DNA from: Clostridiaceae bacterium | GTDB lineage: Bacteria > Bacillota > Clostridia > Oscillospirales > Butyricicoccaceae | Length of the DNA stretch: 64,000 nt | NCBI GenBank assembly: GCA_016293155.1 | Contig: JAEDEU010000001.1 | Coordinates: forward strand, 3,198-67,197 | Reading direction: 5' to 3' | Shown here: one piece after another, positions 37,748-46,490 of the stretch | Layout: the number at the start of each line of letters is the position of its first letter | How positions within the stretch are numbered: the first letter of the stretch is position 1 | Translations under genes and position numbers: made by a program | The notes under the pieces: generated by a model | Databases searched by the model: none | The model's input: the letters and a program-made list of their open reading frames with translations, nothing else | What the model was told of the DNA's origin: nothing

Positions 37748-39406
37748 TTATTTTGCGTCCGGCTTGAAGCTGTCCTTCAGGGAGACGATGCGGTTATAGC
37801 GTCCGTCCTTCTCCTTGATGTAGTAGCCCATGCGGACAAACTGCATATGCTCACCCGCCGGAACGTCGGCAATAGACGGCTCCAGCTTACAGCCGGTGAG
37901 CACCTTGAGCGAATCCGGATTGAGGAAATCCAGATAGCTTTTTCCCTCCGGCACATCTGCCGTGTTGGAGAGGGTGAACAGGTTGTCATACAGATACAGG
38001 TCAGCGTCCAGCGCGTGTGCGGCGGAAACCCAGTGGATGGTGCCGCGTACCTTGCGTCCGTCAGCCGGCATACCGTTGCGGGTTTCGAGGTCTGCGGTGC
38101 AGCGGATTTCGACCACGTTGCCGTTCTCGTCCTGAACCGCCTCCTGGAATTTTACGATATACGCACCCATCAGGCGAACCTCTCCGCCCGGCTTGAGGCG
38201 CTGGAACTTCGGCGGCGGAACCAGTGCAAAGTCGCTGCGCTCAATCCACAGCTCGCGGCTGAACGGAACCTCGCGCACGCCGGTCTCCGGCTGGCGCGGG
38301 TTGTTGGCAACCTCGAAGTACTCGACCTGATCCTCCGGATAGTTGGTGATGACCAGCTTGACCGGCTCGGTGACTGCCATGCGGCGCAGAGCGGTGTCGT
38401 TCAGCTCGTTGCGGATGCAGTATTCGAGCAGCTTGATATCCACGAGGCTGTCCGTCTTGGCGATGCCGGCGCGCATGACGAACTCCAGAATGGCACTCGG
38501 CGTATAGCCGCGGCGGCGCAGACCGGACAGGGTGGGCATACGCGGGTCATCCCAGCCCTCGACCTTGCCGGTCTCGACCAGCTCGCGCAGATAGCGCTTG
38601 GACATGACGGTGTTGGTCACATTCAGGCGGGCAAACTCGCGCTGCTTCGGACGGGACGGCAGGCACGGTGCACAGTTCTCCACCACCCAGTCGTACAGCG
38701 GACGATGGTTTTCGAACTCAATCGAGCACATGGAATGCGTGATATGCTCCATCGCGTCCTGAATCGGATGCGCGAAGTCGTACAGCGGATAGATGCACCA
38801 TGCGTTGCCGATGCGGTGATGCTCCGCGTGAACGATACGGTAGATTGCCGGATCGCGCAGGTTCATATTCGGGGAAGCCATGTCGATCTTGGCGCGCAGG
38901 GTCTTGGCACCGTCCGGATACTTATCCGCGCGCATTTCCTCGAACAGGCGCAGGTTTTCCTCGACCGAACGGTCACGGTACGGGCTGTTCTTGCCCGGCT
39001 CCTTCAGGGTGCCGCGGTATTCGCGCATCTGCTCGGCGTTTAGGTCGCAGACATATGCCTTGCCCTCCTTGATGAGGTGAACCGCGCATTCATAGCATTT
39101 TTCAAAATAATCCGAGCCGTAGAAGATGCCGCCGGACGGCTGGCTGCCGGTCAGCCAGGTGATGTCCTGCTGGATGGACTGTACATATTCGTCGTCCTCG
39201 CGCACCGGATTGGTGTCGTCGAAGCGCAGATTGAACAGACCGTTGTAGCGCTGTGCAATCGACCAGTTGATAAAGATCGCCTTTGCGGAGCCGATGTGCA
39301 GATAGCCGTTCGGCTCGGGCGGGAAGCGGGTGTGAATACGCTCGCTCAGTCCGTTTTCGATATCCTCATCAATGATATCCGTCAGAAAATTGGATGTGAA
39401 TTCCAT
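37748..39406 (-). CDS. glnS: Glutaminyl-tRNA synthetase GlnS
   Basis: 552 aa. RFPPEPNGYLHIGSAKA (HIGH), VMSKR (KMSKS variant), GlnRS-type N-terminus NFLTDIIDEDI and a C-terminal anticodon-binding beta-barrel region. Confidence 0.9.
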   Translation of the reverse strand: MEFTSNFLTDIIDEDIENGLSERIHTRFPPEPNGYLHIGSAKAIFINWSIAQRYNGLFNLRFDDTNPVREDDEYVQSIQQDITWLTGSQPSGGIFYGSDYFEKCYECAVHLIKEGKAYVCDLNAEQMREYRGTLKEPGKNSPYRDRSVEENLRLFEEMRADKYPDGAKTLRAKIDMASPNMNLRDPAIYRIVHAEHHRIGNAWCIYPLYDFAHPIQDAMEHITHSMCSIEFENHRPLYDWVVENCAPCLPSRPKQREFARLNVTNTVMSKRYLRELVETGKVEGWDDPRMPTLSGLRRRGYTPSAILEFVMRAGIAKTDSLVDIKLLEYCIRNELNDTALRRMAVTEPVKLVITNYPEDQVEYFEVANNPRQPETGVREVPFSRELWIERSDFALVPPPKFQRLKPGGEVRLMGAYIVKFQEAVQDENGNVVEIRCTADLETRNGMPADGRKVRGTIHWVSAAHALDADLYLYDNLFTLSNTADVPEGKSYLDFLNPDSLKVLTGCKLEPSIADVPAGEHMQFVRMGYYIKEKDGRYNRIVSLKDSFKPDAK

Positions 39407-39430
39407 AAAAAGTCTCCCTTTTTGTTCCGT

Positions 39431-41080
39431 TTACAGTGCAGCTGCTGCTTTTCTCAGACGCGCAGTGACACGCTCTGCGCCGAGGATGTTCATGACCGAC
39501 TGTAGATCCGGTGCATTGGTGCGTCCGCAGACCGCGACGCGCAGCACCATGGAAATATCGCCGACCGGACCCTTGTATTCGTCCGGATTCTGCTTGAACA
39601 GCTTGGTTTCCGGTGCAAAGCCGTGCTTTGCCGCCAGCTCCTTGATGGCACCGAACCACTCGTCCGAGGTGTGCGATGCATCAAAGATGGTTTCGTACTC
39701 GGCAAGGATTGCCTTGGCATCCTCGGCGGATACGCGCTCCGGCATTGCGGAGTAATCCGGCGTAAACAGCTCGTCGAACAGGAAATCCATATAGCCGCGA
39801 ACCTCGCTCCACAGCGCCAGATCCTTGCGCGGCTTCTTGCCGCCGCGACCGATTGCTAAAAATGCCTTGGTCTGCTCCGGATCGCGGGTGAACAGCGCGT
39901 GGAATTCCGGATCGTTGTCCGCGCTCCAGCCGGATACATAATCATAAACCTGCTCGGCGGTCATGCGCGAGATCACGTTCTTGCTGACGTCACGCAGCTT
40001 TTCGATGTCGAACAGCGAGCCGGAAACGCTCATCTTCTTCGGGCTGAACGGGAAGTCGTTCATGGATGCGTCCGGATTTGCGCGGCGCCACTCCTCAAAA
40101 TTGGAGTTCAGCAGCGTCATGAGGTACTCCATGACGGACGGCACCGGATAGCCCTCCTGATAGTAGAACGACAGCGCCAGCTCCGGATCCTTGCGCTTGG
40201 AGAGCTTGCGCTTGGAGCCGCCGTCCATCTTCATCAGCTGTGCGGTGTGCACGTACTTCGGGCGCTTCCAGCCCATGGTGTCGAACAGCTGGAGGTGAAC
40301 CGGCAGGGTTGCCAGCCATTCCTCGCCGCGGACGACATGGGTGGTGTGCATCAGATGATCGTCCACGACATGGGCGAAATGGTAGGTCGGGATGCCGTCC
40401 GACTTGAGCAGGACGATGTCCTGATCGTTCTCGGTCAGCTCCAGATTGCCCTTGACCAGATCGGTATGGCGGATCTTATGCTCAATCGAGCCGTTCGAGC
40501 GGAAGCGGATGACATAGCTTTCGCCGCGCGCGATGCGCTCCTGAATTTCCTCCAGAGAGCAGTCGCGGTATTTTGCGTATTTGCCATAGTAGCCGAAGTT
40601 TTCCTTGTTTGCCTCCTGCTCGGCGCGCATTGCGGCGAGCTCCTCCTCGGTGCAGAAGCACGGATAGGCAAGACCGCGGCGAACCAGATCCTTGACGAAT
40701 ACATGATAAATGTCCGCGCGCAGGCTCTGGCGGTACGGGCCGTAGGCGCCGGCCTCGCCGTCCGCGGTAACGCCCTCGTCGAACGGCAGACCGAACGAGC
40801 CAAAGGTCTGGAGGATCAGGTCAACGCCGCCCTCGACCTCGCGCTTTTTGTCGGTGTCCTCGATGCGCAGATAGAACACGCCGCCGGACTGATGTGCCAG
40901 ACGTTCATCGACCAGTGCGCCGAACAGATTGCCCAAATGCATAAAGCCGGTCGGGCTGGGCGCCATACGGGTGACCTTTGCGCCTTCCGGCAGGTCGCGT
41001 GCGGGATAGCGTGCCTCCACCTGCTCCGGCGTTTCGGTTACGTTGGGGAAAAGCAGCTCCGCGAGTACATTATAATCCAT
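39431..41080 (-). CDS. gltX: Glutamyl-tRNA synthetase GltX (long ~550-aa form)
   Basis: RMAPSPTGFMHLGN (HIGH), KLSKRK (KMSKS), RIEDTD. ATG 41080 is preceded by GGAG. The 41236 ORF extension has no support. 24 nt upstream of glnS. Confidence 0.9.
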   Translation of the reverse strand: MDYNVLAELLFPNVTETPEQVEARYPARDLPEGAKVTRMAPSPTGFMHLGNLFGALVDERLAHQSGGVFYLRIEDTDKKREVEGGVDLILQTFGSFGLPFDEGVTADGEAGAYGPYRQSLRADIYHVFVKDLVRRGLAYPCFCTEEELAAMRAEQEANKENFGYYGKYAKYRDCSLEEIQERIARGESYVIRFRSNGSIEHKIRHTDLVKGNLELTENDQDIVLLKSDGIPTYHFAHVVDDHLMHTTHVVRGEEWLATLPVHLQLFDTMGWKRPKYVHTAQLMKMDGGSKRKLSKRKDPELALSFYYQEGYPVPSVMEYLMTLLNSNFEEWRRANPDASMNDFPFSPKKMSVSGSLFDIEKLRDVSKNVISRMTAEQVYDYVSGWSADNDPEFHALFTRDPEQTKAFLAIGRGGKKPRKDLALWSEVRGYMDFLFDELFTPDYSAMPERVSAEDAKAILAEYETIFDASHTSDEWFGAIKELAAKHGFAPETKLFKQNPDEYKGPVGDISMVLRVAVCGRTNAPDLQSVMNILGAERVTARLRKAAAAL

Positions 41081-41251
41081 TATCGTATCACTCCATAGTG
41101 CGGCGCGGAAATTCCATTGCCGCAGAATTGTTTCATTATCTAAACAAGCATACCACAATTCCCCATCTTCTGCAAGATTTCCATTGTAGAATCGTACAAT
41201 TTGTTGTAATTTCCCAGAAGCTGTGGTATAATACATAAAACTCCTGACAGA

Positions 41252-41647
41252 ATGGCGGTGACCTTAATGAAAATTCAGGAATCCGGAGAAAATTATCTGG
41301 AAACGATTCTCCTGCTGGAGCGCAGAAACGGCGTTGTGCGCTCGATTGATATTGCAAATGAGCTTGGCTTTTCCAAGCCCAGCGTCAGCCGCGCCATGGG
41401 CGTGCTGAAAAAGGCGGGATATGTCGAGCAGGAGGCGTACGGCACGATCAGCCTGACCGAAGCGGGTCGGGAGCGGGCAGAGGCGGTCTACGAACGGCAT
41501 ACGCTGATTACCGCTTTTCTGAGTGAGGTGCTGGATGTGGACGATGACATTGCGGAGCACGATGCCTGCCGGATCGAGCATATTGTCAGCGCACAGACGG
41601 TCGAGCGTATGCGCTCGGTGCTCAAGGCGCACCGGAAGGAAAAATAA
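41252..41647 (+). CDS. DtxR/MntR-family metal-dependent transcriptional regulator
   Basis: ESGENYLETILLLE..., wHTH IDIANELGFSKPSVSRAMGVLKKAGYV, metal-site region HDACRIEH. 126-131 aa (start at 41252 or ATG 41267). Confidence 0.8.
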   Translation: MAVTLMKIQESGENYLETILLLERRNGVVRSIDIANELGFSKPSVSRAMGVLKKAGYVEQEAYGTISLTEAGRERAEAVYERHTLITAFLSEVLDVDDDIAEHDACRIEHIVSAQTVERMRSVLKAHRKEK

Positions 41648-41649
41648 TC

Positions 41650-41678
41650 TTGACAATCGGATAAAAATAGTGTATCCT
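41650..41678 (+). promoter_or_regulatory. Candidate promoter of tRNA-Ser
   Basis: TTGACA - 17 nt - TATCCT, about 36 nt upstream of the tRNA 5' end. Confidence 0.55.
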
Positions 41679-41714
41679 ATTTGAGCAGTTCTGATAACAG
41701 AAGCTGCCGGATAC

Positions 41715-41805
41715 GGAGAAGTATCGAAGTGGTCATAACGAGAACGACTCGAAATCGTTTGACGGTTAACCCCGTCCGTGGGTTCGAATCCCACCTTCTC
41801 CGCCA
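41715..41805 (+). tRNA. tRNA-Ser (anticodon CGA), CCA encoded
   Basis: Hand-folded cloverleaf. Acceptor GGAGAAG/CTTCTCC and a 3-bp D stem. Anticodon stem AACGA/TCGTT with loop CTCGAAA. Long variable arm GACGG..CCGTC, T loop TTCGAAT, then G73 and CCA. Confidence 0.9.
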
Positions 41806-41810
41806 AATCA

Positions 41811-41857
41811 AAAACCGCACGTTTGATACGACTGGTATCGAAGTGCGGTTTTTTTGA
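41811..41857 (+). terminator. Intrinsic terminator after tRNA-Ser
   Basis: AAAACCGCAC ... GTGCGGTTTT with inner GATAC/GTATC pairing, followed by a T-run. Confidence 0.8.
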
Positions 41858-41952
41858 TTTTGTGCTATAATATGCTGTGATAAACGCAGCCCTGTATAAA
41901 AGTTCTGTTTCCGTGAAAAAACAACAATACCATGTAAAGGAGTGAGCGGAGT

Positions 41953-43143
41953 ATGGATTTTTACAAACGTGCACTGGAGCTGAAGGAGGATACCGTCGGC
42001 AGCCGCCGCTATTTTCATCAGAACGCGGAGGTCGGGCTTGAAATGCCGATGGCGCGCGACTATATTTTACAAAAGCTGACCGAGTACGGACTGGAACCGA
42101 AAGTGTGCGGTCACGGAGTCACTGCTGTTCTCGGTCACGGGGCTCCGGTGCTGCTTCTCCGGGCAGACATGGATGCCCTGCCCATGCCGGAGCTGAGCGG
42201 AGAGCCGTTCGCCTGTCCCACGGGGGAGCAGGCACATACCTGCGGTCACGATTTTCACGCCGCCATGCTGCTGACCGCCGCCAAAATGCTCAAGGAGTGC
42301 GAATCCGAGCTGCGCGGAACCGTCAAATTCATGTTCCAGCCCGCAGAGGAAACCTTTGAAGGAAGCCGGGACATGATCGAGCACGGCATACTGGAGCATC
42401 CTCACGTGGATGCCGCCCTCGCGTTTCATGTTGCGCCGGGTAAAATGCCGCTGGGACTGTTTATGTATAACAGCGGCGGCGTGATGATGTCGTCTGTGGA
42501 CGGCTTCCGGATTGAGATCACCGGAAAGGGCGGTCATGGAGCCTATCCCAACCTGACGGTGGATCCGCTCCGAATCGCAGTGCAGATTTACACCGGACTG
42601 GAATCGCTGATCGCGAGAGAGGCGAATCCGGAGATGAACTGCGTCCTGACGGTCGGAAAGCTCCAGGGCGGCAATGCCGCAAACATTATTCCCGACACGG
42701 CGGTGCTGGAAGGCACGCTCCGTACCAATGATAAGGTATCCCGTGAGCTGCTCGTCCGCAGAATCTCCGAGGTCGCGGAGGGAGTGGCAAAAACCTATGG
42801 CGGTTCTGTCGTGATTACGCCGCTGTCTCAGGTACCGCCGCTGATCTGTGACCGTGCGCTGACCGAAGCGATGGCGGGATATATGAAGGAGCTGGACATC
42901 CCCGGCAATACGCCGATTCCCGATATGAAGGCAAACGCCTCGGAGGATTTTGCGGTGATTGCGGAGGCTGTCCCGTCGGCGCTGATGTATTTGTCCGCCG
43001 GCTTTACTGATGAGCGCGGAGCCTATTCTGCGCACAACCCGAAGGTACGGTTTCACGAAGGCGTGTGTCCCATCGGTGCGGCAGGTCTGGCGCACTGTGC
43101 GGTGCGCTGGCTGGAGGAGCATCCGGCGGGAGACAATGAATAA
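41953..43143 (+). CDS. M20D-family amidohydrolase (N-acyl-L-amino acid amidohydrolase / hippurate hydrolase-like)
   Basis: RRYFHQNAEVGLEM, LRADMDALP, HTCGHDFH, FMFQPAEE metal-ligand motifs. 396 aa. Confidence 0.85.
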   Translation: MDFYKRALELKEDTVGSRRYFHQNAEVGLEMPMARDYILQKLTEYGLEPKVCGHGVTAVLGHGAPVLLLRADMDALPMPELSGEPFACPTGEQAHTCGHDFHAAMLLTAAKMLKECESELRGTVKFMFQPAEETFEGSRDMIEHGILEHPHVDAALAFHVAPGKMPLGLFMYNSGGVMMSSVDGFRIEITGKGGHGAYPNLTVDPLRIAVQIYTGLESLIAREANPEMNCVLTVGKLQGGNAANIIPDTAVLEGTLRTNDKVSRELLVRRISEVAEGVAKTYGGSVVITPLSQVPPLICDRALTEAMAGYMKELDIPGNTPIPDMKANASEDFAVIAEAVPSALMYLSAGFTDERGAYSAHNPKVRFHEGVCPIGAAGLAHCAVRWLEEHPAGDNE

Positions 43144-43164
43144 CCAAATCGGGATTGAACAAAG

Positions 43165-43191
43165 AAAAGACGCCGGCAGGCGTCTTTTTTT
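43165..43191 (+). terminator. Intrinsic terminator after the amidohydrolase gene
   Basis: AGACGCC-GGCA-GGCGTCT followed by TTTTTT. Confidence 0.8.
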
Positions 43192-43448
43192 AATGGACTG
43201 CTCGTTGCAACCGGCAGCATAACCGATGACCCGTGGGACAAAGACAGGCGCAGAACCGTTCAGTCCTTTTCTGTGTGGTCAGAACACAGATTTGTGGAGA
43301 AAGTGAATAAAAACCATGCGAGGAAAAATGTAAATTTATATAAAATTCATAAATACGGTCTTGCGCAAAATGTTACTATGTGGTACTCTAAACATAGGAA
43401 ATTTCTCATTCACGGAGCGGAGCATTCCGCTGATTTGGGGTGTTCAAC

Positions 43449-44072
43449 ATGAAAATTGATAAGGACAGAATCCGAACCATGTTTTTGTGTGCAGGTGATG
43501 CGGTCATTGCGGCAGAGCAGGAGCTGACGGAGATTGATTCCCGCTTTGGTGATGCGGATCACGGCATTACAATGACCAAAATTGCGGGAGCAGTCCGGAC
43601 CGCCGCACAGGAGAGTACGGATGACAGCATCAAATCCATGCTGGATGATATCGCAATGGGTGTCATGATGATTAACGGCGGCTCCGCCGTACCGCTGTGG
43701 AATACCTTTTTGGATGCCATGCAGGAAAATGCGCCGGATGCCGGCGAGATCACACTGGAGCAGCTGAAGGAAATGTTCGGCGCGGCGGCAGAGGAGCTGT
43801 CGGCTCTGTCGAAGGCAAAGGTTGGGGACAAGACCATGATGGATGCGATTCTCCCGGCAGTGGCGGCAATTCAGGAAACCGAGGGGGATCTGAGTGCCGT
43901 TATGGATGCAGGCGCACAGGCGGCACTGGCGGGTGCGGAGGCAACCAAAAATTACGTGTCCAAATTCGGACGCGCAAAGAGCTATAAGGAGGAGACAATC
44001 GGAACGCCGGATGCGGGAGCAGTATCCGCAGCACGTTTCTTTGTCGGATTAAGCCAGGGAACAACAGGATAA
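43449..44072 (+). CDS. dhaL: Dihydroxyacetone-kinase L subunit-like (DAK2 domain) protein
   Basis: LTEIDSRFGDADHGITM nucleotide/Mg-binding motif and KVGDKTMMDA. 207 aa. ATG 43449 is 6 nt after GGGGTG. Confidence 0.8.
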   Translation: MKIDKDRIRTMFLCAGDAVIAAEQELTEIDSRFGDADHGITMTKIAGAVRTAAQESTDDSIKSMLDDIAMGVMMINGGSAVPLWNTFLDAMQENAPDAGEITLEQLKEMFGAAAEELSALSKAKVGDKTMMDAILPAVAAIQETEGDLSAVMDAGAQAALAGAEATKNYVSKFGRAKSYKEETIGTPDAGAVSAARFFVGLSQGTTG

Positions 44073-44095
44073 CGCATGAAGGAGGAGAAACCGTT

Positions 44096-45094
44096 ATGAA
44101 AATGAAAAAGTTTATCAACAATCCGGAAACCCTGACCGCTGAGCTGCTGGAAGGCATGGCGATGGCAAATTCAGACATTGTAGAGCTGGTAAACGGAAGC
44201 TGGATTGTCAGCAAAACCCTGAAGGATGCAGACCGTGTGACGGTTGTCACCCTCGGCGGCTCCGGTCATGAGCCGGCAATCAGCGGCTTTGTCGGCGACG
44301 GAATGCTGGACATTTCCGTAGTCGGTGATATCTTTGCCGCTCCGAATCCGCAGAGCGTGTTTGAGGCAATCAAGCTGGCGGACAAGGGTCATGGCGTGCT
44401 GTTCCTTGTGCTCAATCATGCGGGCGATATGCTGTGCGCCAACATGGTTATGAAGATGTGCAAAAAGGCGGGGCTGAACGTCCGCAAGGTTGTAACCCAG
44501 GAGGATATCTCCAATGCACCGCGTGAAAACAGCGACGACCGCCGCGGTCTTGCCGGCGCAGTTCCGCTGTATCATATCGTCGGTGCGGCAGCCAAGCAGG
44601 GCAAGTCTCTGGACGAGGTTGCAGATCTCGCTCAGCGCTATGCGGACAGCATGGCGACCATCGCGGTTGCGGCACGCTGCGCAACCCATCCGGCAACCGG
44701 TGCTTCGTTCGGTGATCTGGGCGATGAGGATATGGAAATCGGTATGGGTCAGCACGGCGAGGGCGGCGGAGGCCGTCAGCCGATGAAGACCGCGAAGGAA
44801 ACCGTTGAGATCATGGCGAATGCACTGGTCAAGGATATCCCGCTTCAGGCCGGCGATGAGGCGTTTGTCATGATTAACGGCTCGGGCGCCACCACGCTGA
44901 TGGAAATGTACATTCTTTATAAGGACTGCGTCAAGTATCTGGAGGGACTCGGCATCAAGGTCGTGGCAAATATGGTCGGTGAGATTCTGACGGTACAGGA
45001 GCAGGCAGGCTTCCAGCTCAATCTTGCCAAGTGGAACGATGAGTTCAAGGCGCTGTGGGCAGAGCCGGCACGCACGATTGCATTCTATAAGTAA
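44096..45094 (+). CDS. dhaK: Dihydroxyacetone-kinase K subunit-like (DAK1 domain) protein
   Basis: KKFINNPETLTAELLEGM N-terminus, GGSGHEPA, NHAGDM and the substrate-His region. 332 aa. Confidence 0.85.
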   Translation: MKMKKFINNPETLTAELLEGMAMANSDIVELVNGSWIVSKTLKDADRVTVVTLGGSGHEPAISGFVGDGMLDISVVGDIFAAPNPQSVFEAIKLADKGHGVLFLVLNHAGDMLCANMVMKMCKKAGLNVRKVVTQEDISNAPRENSDDRRGLAGAVPLYHIVGAAAKQGKSLDEVADLAQRYADSMATIAVAARCATHPATGASFGDLGDEDMEIGMGQHGEGGGGRQPMKTAKETVEIMANALVKDIPLQAGDEAFVMINGSGATTLMEMYILYKDCVKYLEGLGIKVVANMVGEILTVQEQAGFQLNLAKWNDEFKALWAEPARTIAFYK

Positions 45095-45106
45095 GGAGCG
45101 AGCAGT

Positions 45107-45988
45107 ATGGCAGATGCAGTCGGCAACAAGGTTGCCAAGGATTATCATTTGGATGTAGCACCGCCTGTGGACGGCTTTTTTGCAAAAGGACTGGGACATA
45201 CCGACTGGGGAATGAAAAACCGTCTTTCCCGTCTGTTCAACCCGAAATCCGGCAATTCGCTGATGCTTGCGTTCGACCATGGCTATATCATGGGTCCGAC
45301 CGCCGGTCTGGAACGTCTGGATCTGGCGATCCCGCCGCTGATGGACGAGGTGGACGTGCTCATGGGCACGCGCGGCGCGATTCGTTCGTGCATTCCGCCC
45401 ACCTGCGGCAAGGCGGTTTGCCTGCGTGCGACGTATGACAGCTCGGTGCTGTATGAGGATATGAGCGTCGGCAACGGTTTGGGCATGGACATGGACGATG
45501 TCCTGCGTATGAATGCTTCCGCGATTGCCATTCAGACCTTTATCGGCGCGCCGGGTGAGCGGGATTCTCTGGAAACCCTGTGCCGTGCAGTGGACGAAGG
45601 CAATCGGTACGGCGTGCCTGTTCTCGGTGTCACCGCAGTCGGCAAACAGATGGCGCGGACAACCGAGTATTTCTTGCTTGCAACCCGCCTGCTGGCAGAG
45701 TTGGGGGCAAGTATTATCAAAACATACTACTGTGATGACTTCGAAAAGGTGGTTGCGGCGTGTCCGGTGCCGATCGTGATTGCGGGCGGCAAGAAGCTGC
45801 CGGAGGCGGAGGCGCTGACCATGGCGTACCGCGCGATCTCGGACGGCGCGCGCGGCGTGGATATGGGACGCAATATTTTCCAGAGCACCCATCCGAAGGC
45901 GATGTGTCAGGCGGTTGCAAAAATTGTCCATGAGGGCTATAACGACAGAGAGGCATATGAATTCTTCCTCGAGGCGAGCAACGCATAA
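45107..45988 (+). CDS. Class I aldolase-fold enzyme of the DhnA/FbaB/LsrF family
   Basis: 293 aa. LMLAFDHGYIMGP, Schiff-base Lys context ASIIKTYY, IAGGKK, DMGRNIFQ. By eye closest to LsrF-type (AI-2 thiolase) / DhnA aldolases. Confidence 0.75.
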   Translation: MADAVGNKVAKDYHLDVAPPVDGFFAKGLGHTDWGMKNRLSRLFNPKSGNSLMLAFDHGYIMGPTAGLERLDLAIPPLMDEVDVLMGTRGAIRSCIPPTCGKAVCLRATYDSSVLYEDMSVGNGLGMDMDDVLRMNASAIAIQTFIGAPGERDSLETLCRAVDEGNRYGVPVLGVTAVGKQMARTTEYFLLATRLLAELGASIIKTYYCDDFEKVVAACPVPIVIAGGKKLPEAEALTMAYRAISDGARGVDMGRNIFQSTHPKAMCQAVAKIVHEGYNDREAYEFFLEASNA

Positions 45989-46004
45989 CGGAAAGGAGCA
46001 TACG

Positions 46005-46328
46005 ATGTCTGCAACATATATGCATATCGGCATTCCGGTTTTGAATAAAAAGCCGGGTATGGTTTACAATGAAGGCGGAAAATTCTGGGTCAGCAGCAAT
46101 GTGGATGACCACGATTACAAGATTGAGTACCTCAAGTTTGAAGAGGGCACAATTTTTCCGGAGATTCTGTCCAAGCAGCCGCATGTCGCATATCAGGTGG
46201 ATGATATGACGCAGTATCTGGCAGAAGCGGATCGCGTGATTTTCGGACCGTCTCAGCTGGACGATCATACCAGCATCGCGTTCATCATCAAGGACGATGC
46301 AATTATTGAGCTTTACATGAGCAAATAA
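46005..46328 (+). CDS. Small VOC-fold (glyoxalase/bleomycin-resistance/dioxygenase superfamily) protein
   Basis: 107 aa. Has beta1 MHIGIPV, mid HVAYQVDD and terminal IIELYM, matching the H/H/E metal-triad spacing of single-module VOC proteins. AAAGGAG RBS. The 45915 extension overlaps the aldolase gene. Confidence 0.55.
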   Translation: MSATYMHIGIPVLNKKPGMVYNEGGKFWVSSNVDDHDYKIEYLKFEEGTIFPEILSKQPHVAYQVDDMTQYLAEADRVIFGPSQLDDHTSIAFIIKDDAIIELYMSK

Positions 46329-46338
46329 ACAATATCGG

Positions 46339-46369
46339 GAGGGCTGTAGGCAGGCAGCCCTCTTTTTTT
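46339..46369 (+). terminator. Intrinsic terminator after the VOC-like gene
   Basis: GAGGGCTG - 8 nt - CAGCCCTC followed by TTTTTTT. Confidence 0.8.
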
Positions 46370-46490
46370 GCGAAATATTGGTTTGTGTCTCTTGAATTTT
46401 TTGTGAACACAGCGGTACGGCTTGAGTTTAAACACCGGATGCAATATACTGTAATCAGGACGTTATCCCTTGTGGCGAGGAGCGGTACAG

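Noticed and set aside
44171-46033. 620-aa minus-strand ORF opposite dhaK and the aldolase gene. Similar long antisense ORFs occur at 55585-57174, 31364-32908, 13530-14993, 11459-12556, 33442-34902 and 49083-50432.
   Set aside because: All are mirror-frame shadows of confidently identified genes. They have R/H/Q/A-rich composition and no recognisable motifs or ribosome-binding sites.
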